A stretch of DNA of 62,325 bases, counting the filler, from Chiloscyllium plagiosum (Eukaryota), in the NCBI RefSeq assembly GCF_004010195.1. It is 3 parts of one record of this genome, joined end to end, with 100 filler letters (N's around TTAATTAATTAA, not from the genome) between each part and the next. Parts side by side here need not be neighbours in the genome. Positions count along the whole stretch, not along the records: positions 54,139 to 62,325 come from NC_057714.1; 2 more parts are not named here. One strand, written 5' to 3'. Position numbers and translations under genes: made by a program. Positions 62,120 to 62,325 of this stretch are shown here, piece after piece (the stretch's first letter is position 1; each line of letters opens with the position of its first letter). Under the pieces are notes generated by a model. It saw nothing but the letters and a program-made list of their open reading frames with translations. It did no database searches and had not been told where the DNA came from.

Positions 62120-62325
62120 ATAGAGTCATAGAGATGTCCAGCATGGAAACAGACCCTTCAGTCCAACCTGTCTATGCCGACCAGATATCCCAACCCAATC
62201 TAGTCCCACCTGCCAGCACACGGCCCATATCCCTCCGAACCCTTCTTATTCATGTACCCATCCAAATGCCTCTTAAATGTTGCAATTGTACCAGCCTCCA
62301 CCACTTCCTCTGGCAGCTCATTCCA
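62120..62325 (-). mobile_element. HER1/CR1 LINE 3' tail (runs off window)
   Basis: tagagtcatagagatgtccagcatggaaacagacccttc... near-identical to the copies at 3066 and 23892. Confidence 0.93.

Overview
Vertebrate genomic DNA, very probably from a shark or other elasmobranch. It is dominated by HER1/CR1 LINEs, HE1 tRNA-SINEs, Penelope-like elements, a DeuSINE remnant, Harbinger remnants and Gypsy LTR elements, and has four assembly gaps. One complete host gene, which the ORF track does not assemble, can be reconstructed: a 4-exon NDUFA4 (COXFA4, cytochrome c oxidase subunit) on the + strand. Its CDS is 6280-6321, 17890-17978, 19462-19522 and 19706-19762, giving the 82-aa protein [82 protein letters not shown]. 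No other host coding exon was recognised. The most notable structure is a set of short (~90-180 bp) Penelope pseudo-LTR insertions that carry minimal hammerhead-ribozyme motifs (CUGAnGA-stem II-GAAA), several bracketed by their own 12-15 bp target-site duplications. Also notable are a Gmr1-type Gypsy element with integrase upstream of RT, a degenerate ~33-34 bp minisatellite, and synthetic TTAATTAATTAA gap linkers. TE boundaries are estimated by eye and family names come from recognition, not database searches.
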